A stretch of 64,000 nt of DNA from Octopus vulgaris (Eukaryota): assembly GCA_951406725.2 (NCBI GenBank), contig OX597816.1:55800001-55864000 (forward strand), in the 5' to 3' direction. Shown in pieces: positions 38,836-51,900 of the stretch. Within the stretch, counting starts at the first letter, position 1; each line of letters starts with the position of its first letter. Below the pieces are notes generated by a model. That model ran no database searches, was not told where the DNA came from, and worked only from the letters and a program-made list of their open reading frames with translations. The translations under genes and the position numbers were made by a program.

Positions 38836-41800
38836 ATAAATGAATAAATATAAGATAGAAATATAAGTATATATGTACACATACATACAAAGCCACAAAC
38901 ACACACACACATAGATGTATAGTATTGTCCTCCATACATTTACCACATTCGTTTAGTTTCCAACATAACCGTGGGGGTATTGTTTCCGCAGTACTGCTAC
39001 TCTATATTTATTTCTCCATACGACATATCAATTTATTTAATTTCTCACAGGTTCCCCTTTTTTTTTGCCGATTCCAAAAAAGAAAACGAAGGAACCCGTA
39101 ATATACTCATTCGATATTTTCTATAACATCCGTCGCACTTTCAAAAGTTTTATTGTCACACCAGTCTGCTTTTGAAAATAGAATTCGTTTCTTCAATGGT
39201 TTTGAATGCGCTTTGGTGAATCTGACTATCAAAACTGTCTTTTGCAATGGGTACAAATGACTACTTTCGATATAATGCTATGAGCACACAAAAAGTCGAG
39301 GCTTTTCACCGCTATTGTCACTGACATTAACGAAGCAGTTACAATTGATACGAAGTTGTTCCGGCACTCCTGCGTACGAATACGCATCTCAAACAAATCG
39401 AGGTAATAGCGGTAGATGTTCCCACACCAGAGGTTGTCAACCCTATGCATTTACTTAAAGGAGGAGTGATTTTCGACGGCTTTTATGGCCAGAGTCGTTC
39501 AAAACATGTAAAACACCACAAGAAAATATACATTTCACCTTCAAAATGAGACACGTCCCCTCAAAGTGAGAATGGCGTAAAAGTAAAAATTCACCATCAT
39601 AGATTATTCATTTCATTTGCTTTATATCACATGTCATTGAACGGCCTTTCGAGAAAAGTAGAAATTAATTACATATTATAAAGAAAGACAAATCGGTATA
39701 TCACCTGTTTGGCGAATGGTCCCTTATCACGAAAATATTGGTTCTCATATTTTGTTTGTTTGGTATTAAGAAATGGAGAATATGTTTTTCAGGGACACTC
39801 AACTGGTGATACTGAGTCACTGATTTAAATTGACTAGAATCTGACAAAGGCAAACACGGTCGAGGTGGTAGTGTCAGAGGTACTCTTTAGATATTAAATA
39901 TGCCGTGCGTGGGTTCGAAATTAAATATATAAGCCATGAAACAGAACCAATCCTTCGGTTATGGGGGAAGGACTTTCGCAGAAATTCGACCGATTAAATC
40001 TTATATACAAAGATTTGATCGACTTGATAATAAGTGGAAAACGATAAAGCTATGTCGAAGATCGAACCCAAACGCACATATTTTTCTTTCGTATTTCTTA
40101 ACCACGTAGTCAAGCTTGAATTTATCAATTTTAGTTTTACAGAGTTAGCTAAATTCGGCTACGATTGATTCTGAAGACATTGTTCAGTTGCTTTAGCAAA
40201 AGGTTTTATTGAACAACGCCACATGATTATGTGCGAGTCATTTCCATGGATAGATGTTACCTGAGATTGAATAAAATATAATGTTCATGAGGTAAATATT
40301 TTAATATCTGCAAGTCATTTTATATTAACACCACGTTATAAGAATTACCTGAATGGAGAAATCTTTCGCCTGACCGTGTTGGGAGTTACATCTGTGTATA
40401 TAGGTTTGTTATGTCATACTGACGCATCTTGTTCATTCACGTAAAGGACCGAATACATAATGATTTATTGGTTTCTCACCTAGTTACCTATTCATAAAAT
40501 TTGTTTGACAAACTACTAATTTCCCTTTGCTTCTCCAGTCAACGCTTGTGTGAACAGAGAAAGCAGGAATATTCAAGTTTGTCCACAGAATATTTCAACT
40601 TTAGCAAGATACGAAATCCCTTTTCTTTAGATTATTAGATTATACTTGCATATTGTGATACGTCAGATAAATTATGGAATATTTATAGGCTACAATTGGT
40701 GTCATATTGAACAGGGAACAAATGATTTAGTCTGTACACAACATCAATGAATTATATTGCATAGGTAAAAACATCAAGAGAGACGCAATCAATGGGTAGA
40801 GAATCCTCAAATGAAGTCGAAACTAACGCTTAAATATGTGATTTACAAGTCAAATATCGAATATTAGTAAATACTCAATCGAGTAAAGTGAGATGTGAAT
40901 CTGGCAAACATTGAATGGCTTTTGTTAATAGAAAAACGTTTGTTGTTCTCTAAGATTATAAATCGTTGCTAAGATTTCCTGGTCTATTTACAACAACGTT
41001 CTTTTATCCAAAGAACGAACGAGAAGAAAGCCGACGAGTGGTAATAAATATATGTCTTAAATGGATTTACATGGAAATCTGTGAGGAAACCAGGAAAATG
41101 TGAACTAAAATATTTAATCATTATTTTCTTTCTGTTTTAATTTTATGGAATGACTAAATCAAATACATTTAAACTGTAGAATAGTATCATCTAAAAGTCT
41201 AGATTGGAAAATAATATTCATATAATTTCTATTCAGTTTTCAATGTTCATTCTGAAACGGTTCCCCTTGCTCAGCCTACACCTCATGTTCCCGTTACTCT
41301 TGTTTACGTGTATGAATCTATAAATTTCTGTACATAGCTCTACATTCCTACATTCTCATACACCTACTCACCATACCTCTGTCTCTTCGTCTAACCTCTT
41401 CATTAGCCCAACTCAAGAATATTTCCACCTACATTCTGGGATTTCTTATTCGTTCATTTCCTCTCCGGAAATGCTGAGGTTCATAAATTTAAAATTAAAC
41501 TAATCGTGGTTATTGGTCAAAGAAGAGATCAAAAGCATAGGAGTATTGTGCTACATCCAAACACCTTTTCATAGAAAATAACTATACAGCAATTATATAT
41601 TTCAGATATGATGGCCATAACACCATCTGCCTTTCATAACATCGGTCACCTTTACGATGCTTATTTCAAAAGAATCAGATTAAATCTATTTTCCAAATAC
41701 CCTGTAAATCAGAATACAGATTAATATTAATTATGAAGTAAATGTTATTAATGTGTTTTATTGGCAATGTAATTAATTTTATATAATTACCTGTAAATAG

Positions 41801-42471
41801 GTATTGATAACTATTCTTAATTATATTTTGATTAATGATATTCTGATAGCTTTTGTCCTTATTGTTTGTCTCCGTCTCATAAATATTTTCTTTCTTCAGA
41901 TGATTTGATGATGTTTTGTTTGTCCGGGAAATGGATTCACTATGGTTTATTGAAGTAGATTTTTAAATAATTATATATAAATAATCGCGATTAATCAAGA
42001 TGTTAATTGACTTCGAGTTTATAATCCTAATTTAATGGAAGGTTGTTTATCTGGTGACTGGACTTGGTGTTAAAGACCGTTGAAACTTCACAATTACAGG
42101 AAGGGTCTACTGTATGTTGATACATCCGAGCAATTAAATAGGGAACCATGTATGACCGAAAGGCATATCAGATCGAGCGAGACTATACGTGGTTGTTTTA
42201 CGCGATAGAAATAGCAGGGAAAATAAGCGTCAAATTACAAGGTGATTACTGAGAATGTATGTAATATGCATGCATATAAACATATGTATTTCCGAATGGG
42301 AATTCAGAAGCGCCATCTAGCCTAGCGGCTGCCCTGTGTTGGTCCAGAGATGTTGTTTTGTGGTGGATGGGAGTGGTGAGCTCCTCTGTTCGAAAATATG
42401 ACACGTATGGGACTAAACAACAACATTCGTCCCAACCGGGACTGCTACATTATGATGGCAAATAGTGTTTA

Positions 42472-42510
<39 letters not shown>

Positions 42511-42519
42511 TGTATGTAT

Positions 42520-42687
42520 GTGTGACGGGCTTCTTTCAGTTTCCGTCTGCCAAATCCACTCACAAGGCTTCGATCGGCGCGAGGCTATAGTAGAAGACAC
42601 TTGACCAGGGTGCCACGCAGTGGGACTGAACCTGGAACCGTGTGGTTGGTAAGTAATCTACTTACCACACACCCACTCCTGCGCTTA
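42520..42687 (-). mobile_element. 5' half of a CORE-type SINE
   Basis: Reverse complement of the family head. Confidence 0.87.
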
Positions 42688-42711
42688 TATATATATATAT
42701 ATATATATATA

Positions 42712-42927
42712 CCTGAGTAAAGACATAAATGTGAAACAAGGTGGAAAAAAAGAGTACTCAAATACCAGAGGTAGAGTAATATGCTTTATTTAAAGCAGCA
42801 GAAAATTCAACAAAATCTGTTACTCTGAGTTTCTCGTTGCCATTCATCAGACAACTGTCTGATGAACAGTAACGAGAAACTCAGAGTAACAGATTTTGTT
42901 GAATTTTCTGCTGCTTTAAATAAAGTA
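42712..42927 (-). mobile_element. Penelope pLTR with an inverted copy (palindrome 42783-42927) and hammerhead motifs on both strands
   Basis: ~68-bp arms. Plus-strand motif ctgt-CUGAUGA-acagtaacga-GAAA-ctcagag-ta-acag at 42855-42892, mirror at 42817-42852; (TA)n on both sides. Confidence 0.8.
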
Positions 42928-42942
42928 TATATATATATATAT

Positions 42943-43152
42943 AGTAAGGAAAAAATTTTTTTTAAATGCAGAATGCTCAACTGAAAGAAAATAAGAAATT
43001 GATAAAATATATAAATATATATTTATTCAACCGGTTTTCGTCATTGTATATTAAAATTTTCTTTCATTTGAGCATTCTGCATTTAAAAAAAAAATTTCCT
43101 TACTTATCATTTCTCCACGTGCGGTCAACACAACCCCACCATTTATTGATCT
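42943..43152 (+). mobile_element. Second fold-back pLTR-like insert
   Basis: agtaaggaaa...tgaaagaaaat pairs with attttctttca...tttccttact. The loop holds ttcaaccggttttcgtc (a hammerhead remnant, as at 28210-28227); the tail is related to 28060-28120. Confidence 0.65.
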
Positions 43153-44574
43153 ATATATATATATATATGTATGTATGTATATATGTATGTATTATTCAAA
43201 ACAGTTGAATTCTGATTCCGTGCTAGTTCAAGTTTCGCGGGTCCATAACGGAACCTCTCTCCTCGGGCTCGTAGAATACCCATTTACTTGGACAATAATA
43301 TTTTCATCCCAAACATTACAACTGCATCTGTCCAAATATTTCATTTCTGTGATTTTAAATATATTTGCTCGATTGCTGACATTTCTCCCATTGTTTTGAT
43401 GCAACATTCTCTATCATTAACGATAAGTGGTATGTTTCACGGTTATGGTATGCTTGTTCGTTTAATAATATATGGTTGCAATCATTCACGGAGGAACGCA
43501 AATTCGATGTTGCTAATCAGCAGTGAAACGAAGCGAGGTGTCAGTAAATCGTAAAGAATAATTGCATTTAAAATTCGCACCTCTTGTGATACATCTAACA
43601 GCCTTCGTTGAACCTAACTGTACATTTGTCAAGTAAATGAATTATGGTTTCTCATTGGATAAAATGCACTTCTTTTCCAGTTCTGACAAAATTAACAATA
43701 GAGACAGAACTAACCGGAAAGAAAGAGAGAAGGGGCGGACAAGCAGACAGGCAGACAGTCAGTGAGACAGAGATTACTGTGATAATTACTGTTCGGTCTC
43801 TATCGCTTCTCATTTGTTTAAATGTATGCCACGTGTTCTACGACACAGAATAGCGTAGGCAAAACGAATTCCCTCCACAGCTATTTTCCCAATTACCAAC
43901 AAAGTTTCCAGACTGATTGAATTACAAAAGGTAGAAGAAATTCTTTGAACTGGAATTTCCATTAACCCGAGACTCTAAAGGTTGAAAACGGTTTCTACAT
44001 TTCTCGGTTAACCTTCACAACATGTTGAATCTAATATTTACGTACGACAACCGTGGGACTCACTTCTTGTTTATTTGCCGGTCGTCTTAGTCTTACGTAT
44101 ATATGGTGTGTTTTAGTGTTGTTTTAATGTTATTTTAATGTCTTTTGAGGTTGGACTTTCATTGTTGATGAATTACATTTAAGAAATATCAACGAAACAA
44201 TCACAACCTCGCATAAGTAACGAACAAATGTCCTTCGGCTGCCATCATTGAATTACACTACGACAGAATACACACACTCACACACACATACATACACACT
44301 CACAAACACACAAACATACATACACGCATATTCCCCACACACACACCTGCACACACTCGCACATATGTTTATAGCCAAAACATCGAAAAAACAGAATTTT
44401 CTTTTCGAAAATCATATATGTGTGCTTAAGGAGGTCATTTTACATCTATGTGGTTTCGGGTTCAGCCCCATTGCGCGGTACCCTGGGCAAGTGGTTTCTT
44501 TATAGCACCGGACTGACTAATATCTTCAGAGGAAATTTGTTCAACGGAAACTTGGAGGAAGCATGTCGTATGAA

Positions 44575-44628
<54 letters not shown>

Positions 44629-44639
44629 TTTAAAAAAAA

Positions 44640-44950
44640 AGAAAAAACGAACAAACACAAGAAAAAAACAACAACGTGAGGACGTGGTACATGCAAAGTA
44701 TTAGCAGACGCTCACGGAATGAAGGAAAGGTAGTTTTTTTTTCTTTTGGTTTGCGGGAGCATCTGTTTTCTCGAAGGCACATATTATCGTGAATTGTTCG
44801 AAATGTGGAGTAGAAAAACATCCGACAACTGATGAAGGGTCGTTCTTTATGTTACTTGACTTGTTTTCCATTTGTTCCTCTCGTTGTTGGCAAAAACAGT
44901 TTGTCTCCGTATTTCATGTTGTTTAAGTTTTGTGACGTCCTGTACCCATA
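44640..44950. mobile_element. Degenerate Penelope pLTR-like fragments between (TA)n tracts
   Basis: 44650-44730 resembles the reverse complement of 27940-28030; ctgatga at 44829. Confidence 0.45.
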
Positions 44951-45032
44951 TATGCATGTATATATGTATATATATATAAATATATATGTCAGCATGTACA
45001 TATATGTATGTATATATGCCATATATATATAA

Positions 45033-45180
45033 CAAATTGCAGCGTGGAAGGTGTTTATAAGCCATTTAAGAAACACAGAAAACCGTTAGATTCAGTTCAA
45101 CATTTAAATTTAATTTGTCAAAATATTTTCGTCGCCTTGAGACCGAGACCTGTTCACTATCAAAATTCCGTGGTGCATCA
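45033..45180 (-). mobile_element. Penelope-type terminal fragment (same family as 21980-22128) with a decayed hammerhead
   Basis: Shared tggaaggtgtttataagccatttaagaaacac...aaaaccgttaga; minus strand gcgac-GAAA-atattt-tgacaaatt. Confidence 0.55.
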
Positions 45181-45187
45181 CGATGAT

Positions 45188-45543
45188 CGATAAAATGACA
45201 TAGCGTTTCGACAAACAAGTTCGAAAGAATGACTTAGCAGTTCACCAAACTAGATCGATAAAATGACGTAGCGGTTCGACAACCGAATACGATAAAATGA
45301 GTTAGCGAATCGCCAAATATGATCGATAAAATTACTTTGCGTTTCGTCAGCCGTGACCGAAAAAATTACTTAGCGGTTCACGAAACAAGATCAATAAACT
45401 GACCTTGCGTTTCGACAAACGAGATCAATAAAATAGCATAGCGGTTCATCAAACATGATAGATCACGTTGGCGAACTGCTACGTCATTTTATCGAACTCG
45501 TTTGGCGAACCGCTATGTCATTTTATCGATCTCGTTTGTCGAA
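45188..45543. repeat. 34-bp minisatellite (8 diverged copies, then ~2 inverted copies)
   Basis: Unit cgataaaatgacatagcgtttcgacaaacaagtt; orientation flips at ~45465. Confidence 0.92.
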
Positions 45544-45897
45544 GAGATCAAATAGGAGTCCCGAAAGAGATCAAAGAGGGTGTCGAAAGAGATCAAAATG
45601 GAGTCCCAAAAGAGATCAAAGAGGAGTCCCGAAAGAGATCAAAGACGAGTCCCGAAAGAGATCAAAGAGGGTGCCGAAAGAGATCAAAGAGGGTATGGAA
45701 AGAGATCAAAGAGGAGTTCCGAAAGAGATCAAAGAAGGTGCCGAAAGAGATCAAAGAAGAGTCCCGAAAGAGATCGAAGAGGAGTCCCAAAAGAGATCGA
45801 AGAAGAGTCCCGAAAGAGATCAAAGATGAGTCCCGAAAGAGATCAAAGAGGAGTCCCGAAAGAGATCATAGAGGGTTCCGAAAGAGATCAAAGAGAA
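45541..45897. repeat. 22-23-bp minisatellite (~16 copies)
   Basis: Unit gaaagagatcaaagaggagtccc. Confidence 0.95.
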
Positions 45898-45936
45898 CAA
45901 TCTAACAGAAAAATCTAATTCTTCAATTGTATTTAA

Positions 45937-45964
45937 CACGGGCAACGCCGGGTAACTCTGCTAG
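45937..45964 (+). mobile_element. Helitron-type 3' terminus
   Basis: GC-rich imperfect hairpin cacgggcaacgccggg, ~8-nt spacer, then CTAG followed by T. Confidence 0.7.
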
Positions 45965-47334
45965 TATTCCTTGTTTTTGCTTCTGGCGTCTTCCGCCTTT
46001 CTATTCGAAACGTTTACCTGGGAATTTACTTAAAGTGAACTTAAATCGCATGCAACAGATATGTCGTCTTAATAACATATTTCTGTGAACCAAGCCTTTA
46101 GGTATAATTTTTAGCATAACGAGTTTTCTGTTGAGGGTTTCATTTGCCTTCATTGCCTATTTGTTGCTTCAGTAGAAATTTAAGGATGCACAACGCACAA
46201 AACGGAGAAAATAGAACCAATATGGACGACTTGTTCCGAAACACCCCCGAGTGAGGAACAGTGCTTATAATAACCCCCAATTGTTTTCCCCCAAAATTCA
46301 TGTGTCCTCGGAATCTACATAGACCGAGATATATTCGAAGAGAATTTCATGAAAAATATCCATTTTCTTGAAAGTTAAGACGAATTGACGTGGACTCCGG
46401 TGAATTTTCAGATATTCCCCACCCTTCACCCCTAAAACACTTACCCAGCCCCCAAAATTTTGTATATTCGGAATCTAGACGATATAACACATATTCGTAG
46501 CAAAGTTAATTTAAAATATCCATTTTTCTAAAAGTTATGATCATCCAAATTCGGTGGTGGGGTCATATATTTGTAGTTATGCCGACAAATTTGACACTTT
46601 TCTTCTAGGCATGGTTATATATGTACACAGAAATGCACGAATGCAGAAGATAGTAAACAATGGACATAACTGGGTAACGGAAATTATGTTTCTTAATACG
46701 ATGGGCAGAAAATAAACAAGAAATTGTAACGGAAAAGAAAGTATTGAACGGGTTTAAGTGAAATTTGTCAGTATCGAAGGAACCAGAAAGAAACTGTCAA
46801 CAACAGAAAAAGCACAAAACCGAACGGATTGAATTGAAATTAATGAAGGTACTTCTGTCGGTAAATTATGAAATTACTTACATCAGTAATTGTGAACTTC
46901 TTTCTGTCTGTAAATTGTTGTTTGTTTGTAAATAGCGATTGAAAACTTCAACTTACAGTAAGAATAATAACATTGAAGGTAAACAATGGCGTATGAAAAA
47001 TGAAAGTGAAAACAAGAGATGTAGATAGAGAGATATGTTACAGAGAGAGATGCGTAAAGAGATATGTTACGTCACTGACGCTAGATAACCAGAAGGAAAT
47101 ATTTAATAGACATTCGAAGACGTGAATGTAATATAAAAAGCAATATCTTTTTTTATTTTTAATAATTGTAAATAAAAAAAATCAAATGAACAGACTATTG
47201 TTTCTCCGAGGTTAAATTATTTATGCATCACAAGTATGAAAGCAATTGGTGAAACCGTTTCGCATAAAAAAGAGAATACGCACACATCTCTAATTTATAT
47301 ATTATTATATTATTAGATAGATAGATAGATAGAC

Positions 47335-47376
<42 letters not shown>

Positions 47377-47429
47377 ACAGATATATTCGTGTGTAGGTGT
47401 GTGTGCGTGTGTGTGCCTACGTGTGAATA

Positions 47430-47675
47430 TTACTGGATGTTTGTCTCGAGATTGTGAATCATCGCCCTCATACAACAAGTGCCCCGCGCCTGCGGTCTCC
47501 CGTGAAAACATGTCCACCCAGTCAGTTAGTATTTCTAGTGTGGCTAGGTGATTCCCAACTTGTTTGAAAGTAGCTGCGTGTAGGTGACAAGGAGATTATC
47601 CAGCCAACAAAACGTTTGAGTTCAGAAATTTCGTCTCACCCATGCATGAATCGGAGTTCAATCAATGATGATGAT
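47430..47675 (+). mobile_element. Highly degenerate SINE with an RTE-like (TGA)n tail
   Basis: ggtgacaaggagattatccagcc...tctcacccatgcatg...aatgatgatgat. Confidence 0.4.
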
Positions 47676-48009
47676 CCTCGTATATAATTGTGATTTGAAA
47701 TATCAACAGCAATATGTATTGAAATACATTTCATTATATCGACATGATGCAATCGAGATCCCCCGACATGTTATAACAAGGTCAAAAAGGTTAAGTAAAA
47801 AAAAATTTCGAAGTCAGCCACTAAAGTTTGCATTTCCGTAAAGTCTAACTTATTGACCAACAGAACACTTAATGGACAGTCATTTGGGCCAAAACACATT
47901 GATGAGGTGAAAGCAATTACCTAGATATTAGTTGCAGACAGATTTCATCAGCAGAAACTGACTACGGATGATGGGTTCTTCTATGAAATATTTCACTCAC
48001 CTGTACGAC

Positions 48010-48330
48010 ACTCAATGGAGATTATTTGAGAACGGAGTGGCGTGAACGACGTGTTCATAAAATAATGAATGCACAAGTTCTGCTGGGCTGGGCATGTCTC
48101 AGGTATACAGACAACAGGCGGACCTGTACAGTAGCCAAGTGGTATGGAAGAGATTGGAAGAGGCCATTTGAAAGGCTTCCACGATGATGGAAAGACGATC
48201 ATTTGGATTAAGATGGAAAAGAATGATGTAATGAAGACAAATGGAGGTGCAGTGTAATCAACGGTGTATAACGGCTTGCGATGGTCTGGTCGATACTGCG
48301 GTACTGTGATCCATAAAACTCAAGTGGATC
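48010..48330 (+). pseudogene. RTE-clade LINE 3' fragment
   Basis: KFCWAGHVS/YTDNR...WYGRDWKRPFERLPR*WKDD matches the RTE C-terminus WAGH...KRPRGRP..RW.DD. Confidence 0.8.
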
Positions 48331-48794
48331 CGGCTTCAACTACATAAAACATTCCAAAATATTTTGCCGACAAACATCAAAGGGACAAAGAATCATAATC
48401 TTCTAGCATCATCAGTGGATATTCCACGGAAAATACGAAACTTTTTAGTTGGTTGTGCGTTTATGTAAAACCATAAAAATTAATAATCCTTCGTAAATTG
48501 TAAATTCTACATTATTTCCAGCTAAAACAATTTTCAGGTCTTCCGGATAGGGCTATAACTGAGAGAACATGACTTTCCCATTCTCTTAGCTGTTCCGAGG
48601 TTCATTTATAAATCTAAGAGCTTCACAACGATTACAGAGACTATATTCAGGTTATCACGGTTGTAATTTTCAATCATATGCTTACAGCTTTTCTCTTCAT
48701 TTCGTTCATTTTTTTTTTTTTTTTTTAAGTTAAATTAAAATACATGAGCAGCAACAGTTCTCACATCGACAATGCTCTTCTCAATACGTGTGAT

Positions 48795-48865
48795 TTATTA
48801 TCATTATTATCATCATTATTATTATCATTTTATTATTATTATTACTATTATTATTATTATTATTA

Positions 48866-48908
<43 letters not shown>
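48795..48908. repeat. (TTA)n tract, the 3' flank/target of the R4/Dong-like LINE
   Basis: Direct reading. Confidence 0.95.
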
Positions 48909-51900
48909 TTTTTTTTTCTTCTTTCAAATTTTCTTCCATTTCTTGCCGAGTGTCTTCCCGACTCCTAGGGCAAAGAAACTCATAGTGTATATTGGTAGGC
49001 CATTAAACCAAACTCAGTAGTTCGTTCATTTTTTTTTTTTTTTTAAAGTTAAATTAAAATACATGAGCAGCAACAGTTCTCACATCGACAATGCTCTTCT
49101 CAATACGTGTGATGTACCAGTTAAGACAATCTTTTGCACTTCTTGCAGGGATGGTAAGCCAGGGATCATTCTCATATAATTTTCGGTTCCCTTCTTGATC
49201 ATTCCTAGTGCTCCTACGATCACTGGTATTGTAACCGCCTTGAGATGCCACATTTTCTCAATTTCAATGAGTAGGTCTTTATATTTTCTGAGCTTGTCAA
49301 ACTCTTTCGCTGAGATATTATGATCACAGGGGATGCTCATGTCGATCAATAAGCAAACTTTATTGTTTTGGTCTTTCACAACAATATCTGGTTTATTGGC
49401 CTTGATGGTTCAGTCTGTATGTACTGGAAAGACCCACAGAATGGTTACATTTTCTCCTTCAGTTACAGCCTCAGGGTGGTGATTATACCACTTGTCGGCA
49501 GTTTTGATATTGTAATGCCGACTTATTAGCCAGTGGAGATATTGGCCAACTCTGTCATGTCTTAATTTATACTCCACTGGTGCTAAGACTTTACATCCAG
49601 AGATTAGGTGGTCCACTGTTTCAATCATTTCGTTGCAGAATCGGCATTTTGGGTCTGCTCCATTTTTCATCACATTGGCCTGGTAGTTCCGGGTTGATAG
49701 GCTTTGGTCTTGAGCAGCCAGGATGAAACCTTCGCTCTCTGCTTTTAGCCCTGAGCTCCGCAGCCACTGATGGGTTTGCTTCTGGTCAACATCAGCTTGT
49801 TTGCTGCGGGTCACATATTTGCCGTGCAGAGGTTTCTCCTCCCACCTATCAGCCAATTGCTCGTGCGCTTTTTTCATTGCCATCATTTTCACCTTCTTTG
49901 CAACAATAGTTGCCGTACTTCCCTCGGGTTGTTCAGTTTGGGTATCCTGCACGTGATCAATAGCAAATTTTTTGCTTTCCTTGATGATAGAATGAAGCTT
50001 CTTTCGTCTCTCGTGATTTTCCACGAGCTTTAGCATCCAGTCATTCGATATTTCGAGATATTTGGCCAGTCCAATTGTGGTTGTTTTGTAAGCTAGTTCA
50101 AATTGGATCAGGCCTCGACCTCCTTGGGCTCTGGGAAGGTAAAGGCGATCTACGTCTGCCTTTGGGTGGTGCATCCTATTACAACTCAGCAGCTTGCGTA
50201 TTTTTCTATCTATATTCTTTACTTCACTCATATTCCAGTTCAACACATTGTAGCTATAAGTAACAACTGGAACTGCTAGGGAATTTATAGCTAACACCTT
50301 GTTACGTGCATTTAGTTCAGATTTCAGGACTGCACGAACTCTCCTATAACATTCCTTCCTGATTTTCTCTTTCATGCTTGCATGCTGAATACCAGAGCCT
50401 TCATTTATCCCTAAATATTTGTATGTTTGTTCTTGCTCAAGCTCTCTTATGACTGTGTCAACATCTAACATGACTGAATTTGTGGTCTTCACTTTCCCTT
50501 TCTGGAAAGTGGCCTTGGCACACTTCTCAAGTCCAAACTCCATCCCGATGTCATCGCTGAATGCTTTCACGGTGCGCAATAGGCCTTCAAGTTCATTATT
50601 GTCTTTACCATAAAGTTTTAAGTCATCCATATAAAATAGATGGCTTACTTTTTTATTGGCAATTTTATACCCATACCCTGTTCTGTTTAATTCACTTGTA
50701 AGGGGTATTAGGGCTATGCAGAATATTAAAGGTGAAAGTGAGTCACCTTGAAAAATTCCACAGTTGATGTTTATATTTTCTGAGGCAAGTAGTCCATTAG
50801 AGTGGTATAATTGGAGATTCGTATTCCACAACGACATATTGTGCTTCAGGAAGTTTGAAATCACGGGGGAAATTTTGAAGATGTCCAGCGATCTCAAGAT
50901 CCATGGATGCGGTATACTGTCGAAGGCCTTTTTATAGTCAATCCATGCGGTGCTGAGATTTCTGCGCTTGTTGTGACAGTTCTCAAGGATCATACGATTG
51001 ATTAGCAGTTGATCTTTGCATCCGTAAGAGCCTCGGCGGCACCCTTTTTGTTCAATGGGGAAAATATCGTTCTTCTCTATGAATGCATATGTTTTCTCCG
51101 CCAGGATAGATGTTAAGGATTTTATACGTGGTGGATAGACAGGTTATAGGCCGATAGTTTTTTGGAAGGTTGGTTTCGTTATTCTTTGGGAGTAGGTAAG
51201 TAATGCCACTTGCTAACCATTCAGGTGTTTTCTTTGGGTCTCTCATAATTCCATTGAGCAGCTGAACTAGCTTACCGTGTGCGCACGGGAGCGATGCGAG
51301 CCAGAAATTCGGCACCCTATCTTTACCGGGGGATTTCCAATTATGGGCCTTCGTGAGTGCCTTTCTTAGGTCTGCTATTGTGATGTCTTCCCATGCTTAT
51401 TGTTGTAAATTTTGGTAGGATCCTTCAGTTTGTATAATCCAGTCTGCATTTATGTTGTACGTCTTCTTGTCACTCCAAATCCTTTTCCAAAAGTTTTGAA
51501 CTTCTTCCATGGGAGGAGGGTCTTTAACGGTTACTTTCTCCTTCCCTATTTCTCTGTAGAATTTTTTGGCATTGGATGTGAACAGCTTATTTTGCTTGTA
51601 AAACTTGTTTCTCTTCTCAAATCTTCGTATTCTTTGGGCTTTTGCTTGGACTTTTTGTTTCAGCGTTTCTTTTATTGATATCAGTTCTTCTCTTGGTGAG
51701 GATCCAAATTTTCTCTTCATCTTTCTTCCTGTTCTGGATCTTACATCATTTCCACATATTAGTTCATTTAATATTGATATTTCTCCTCTAATAAATTCAA
51801 TCTCTTTTTCAATTTTACTTCTCCAGGTTTGATTTCTTCCCAGGTTTTGTTTTCTTTGTTTTTTCGGGGGCATACAGCTGGTTTCAATTGCCCTAGCAGA

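Noticed and set aside
40349-40391. Possible 43-nt minus-strand exon
   Set aside because: AG/GT are present but the pyrimidine tract is weak and there is no homology; expected by chance.
43288-43346. Possible 59-nt minus-strand exon (MKYLDRCSCNVWDENIIVQ)
   Set aside because: Weak acceptor and no supporting homology.
45188-45918. CRISPR-like array or repetitive protein (PKEIKE/RDQR ORFs)
   Set aside because: Units are contiguous with no unique spacers, there are no cas genes, the context is eukaryotic, and all three frames are open only because the 22-23-bp unit lacks stops.
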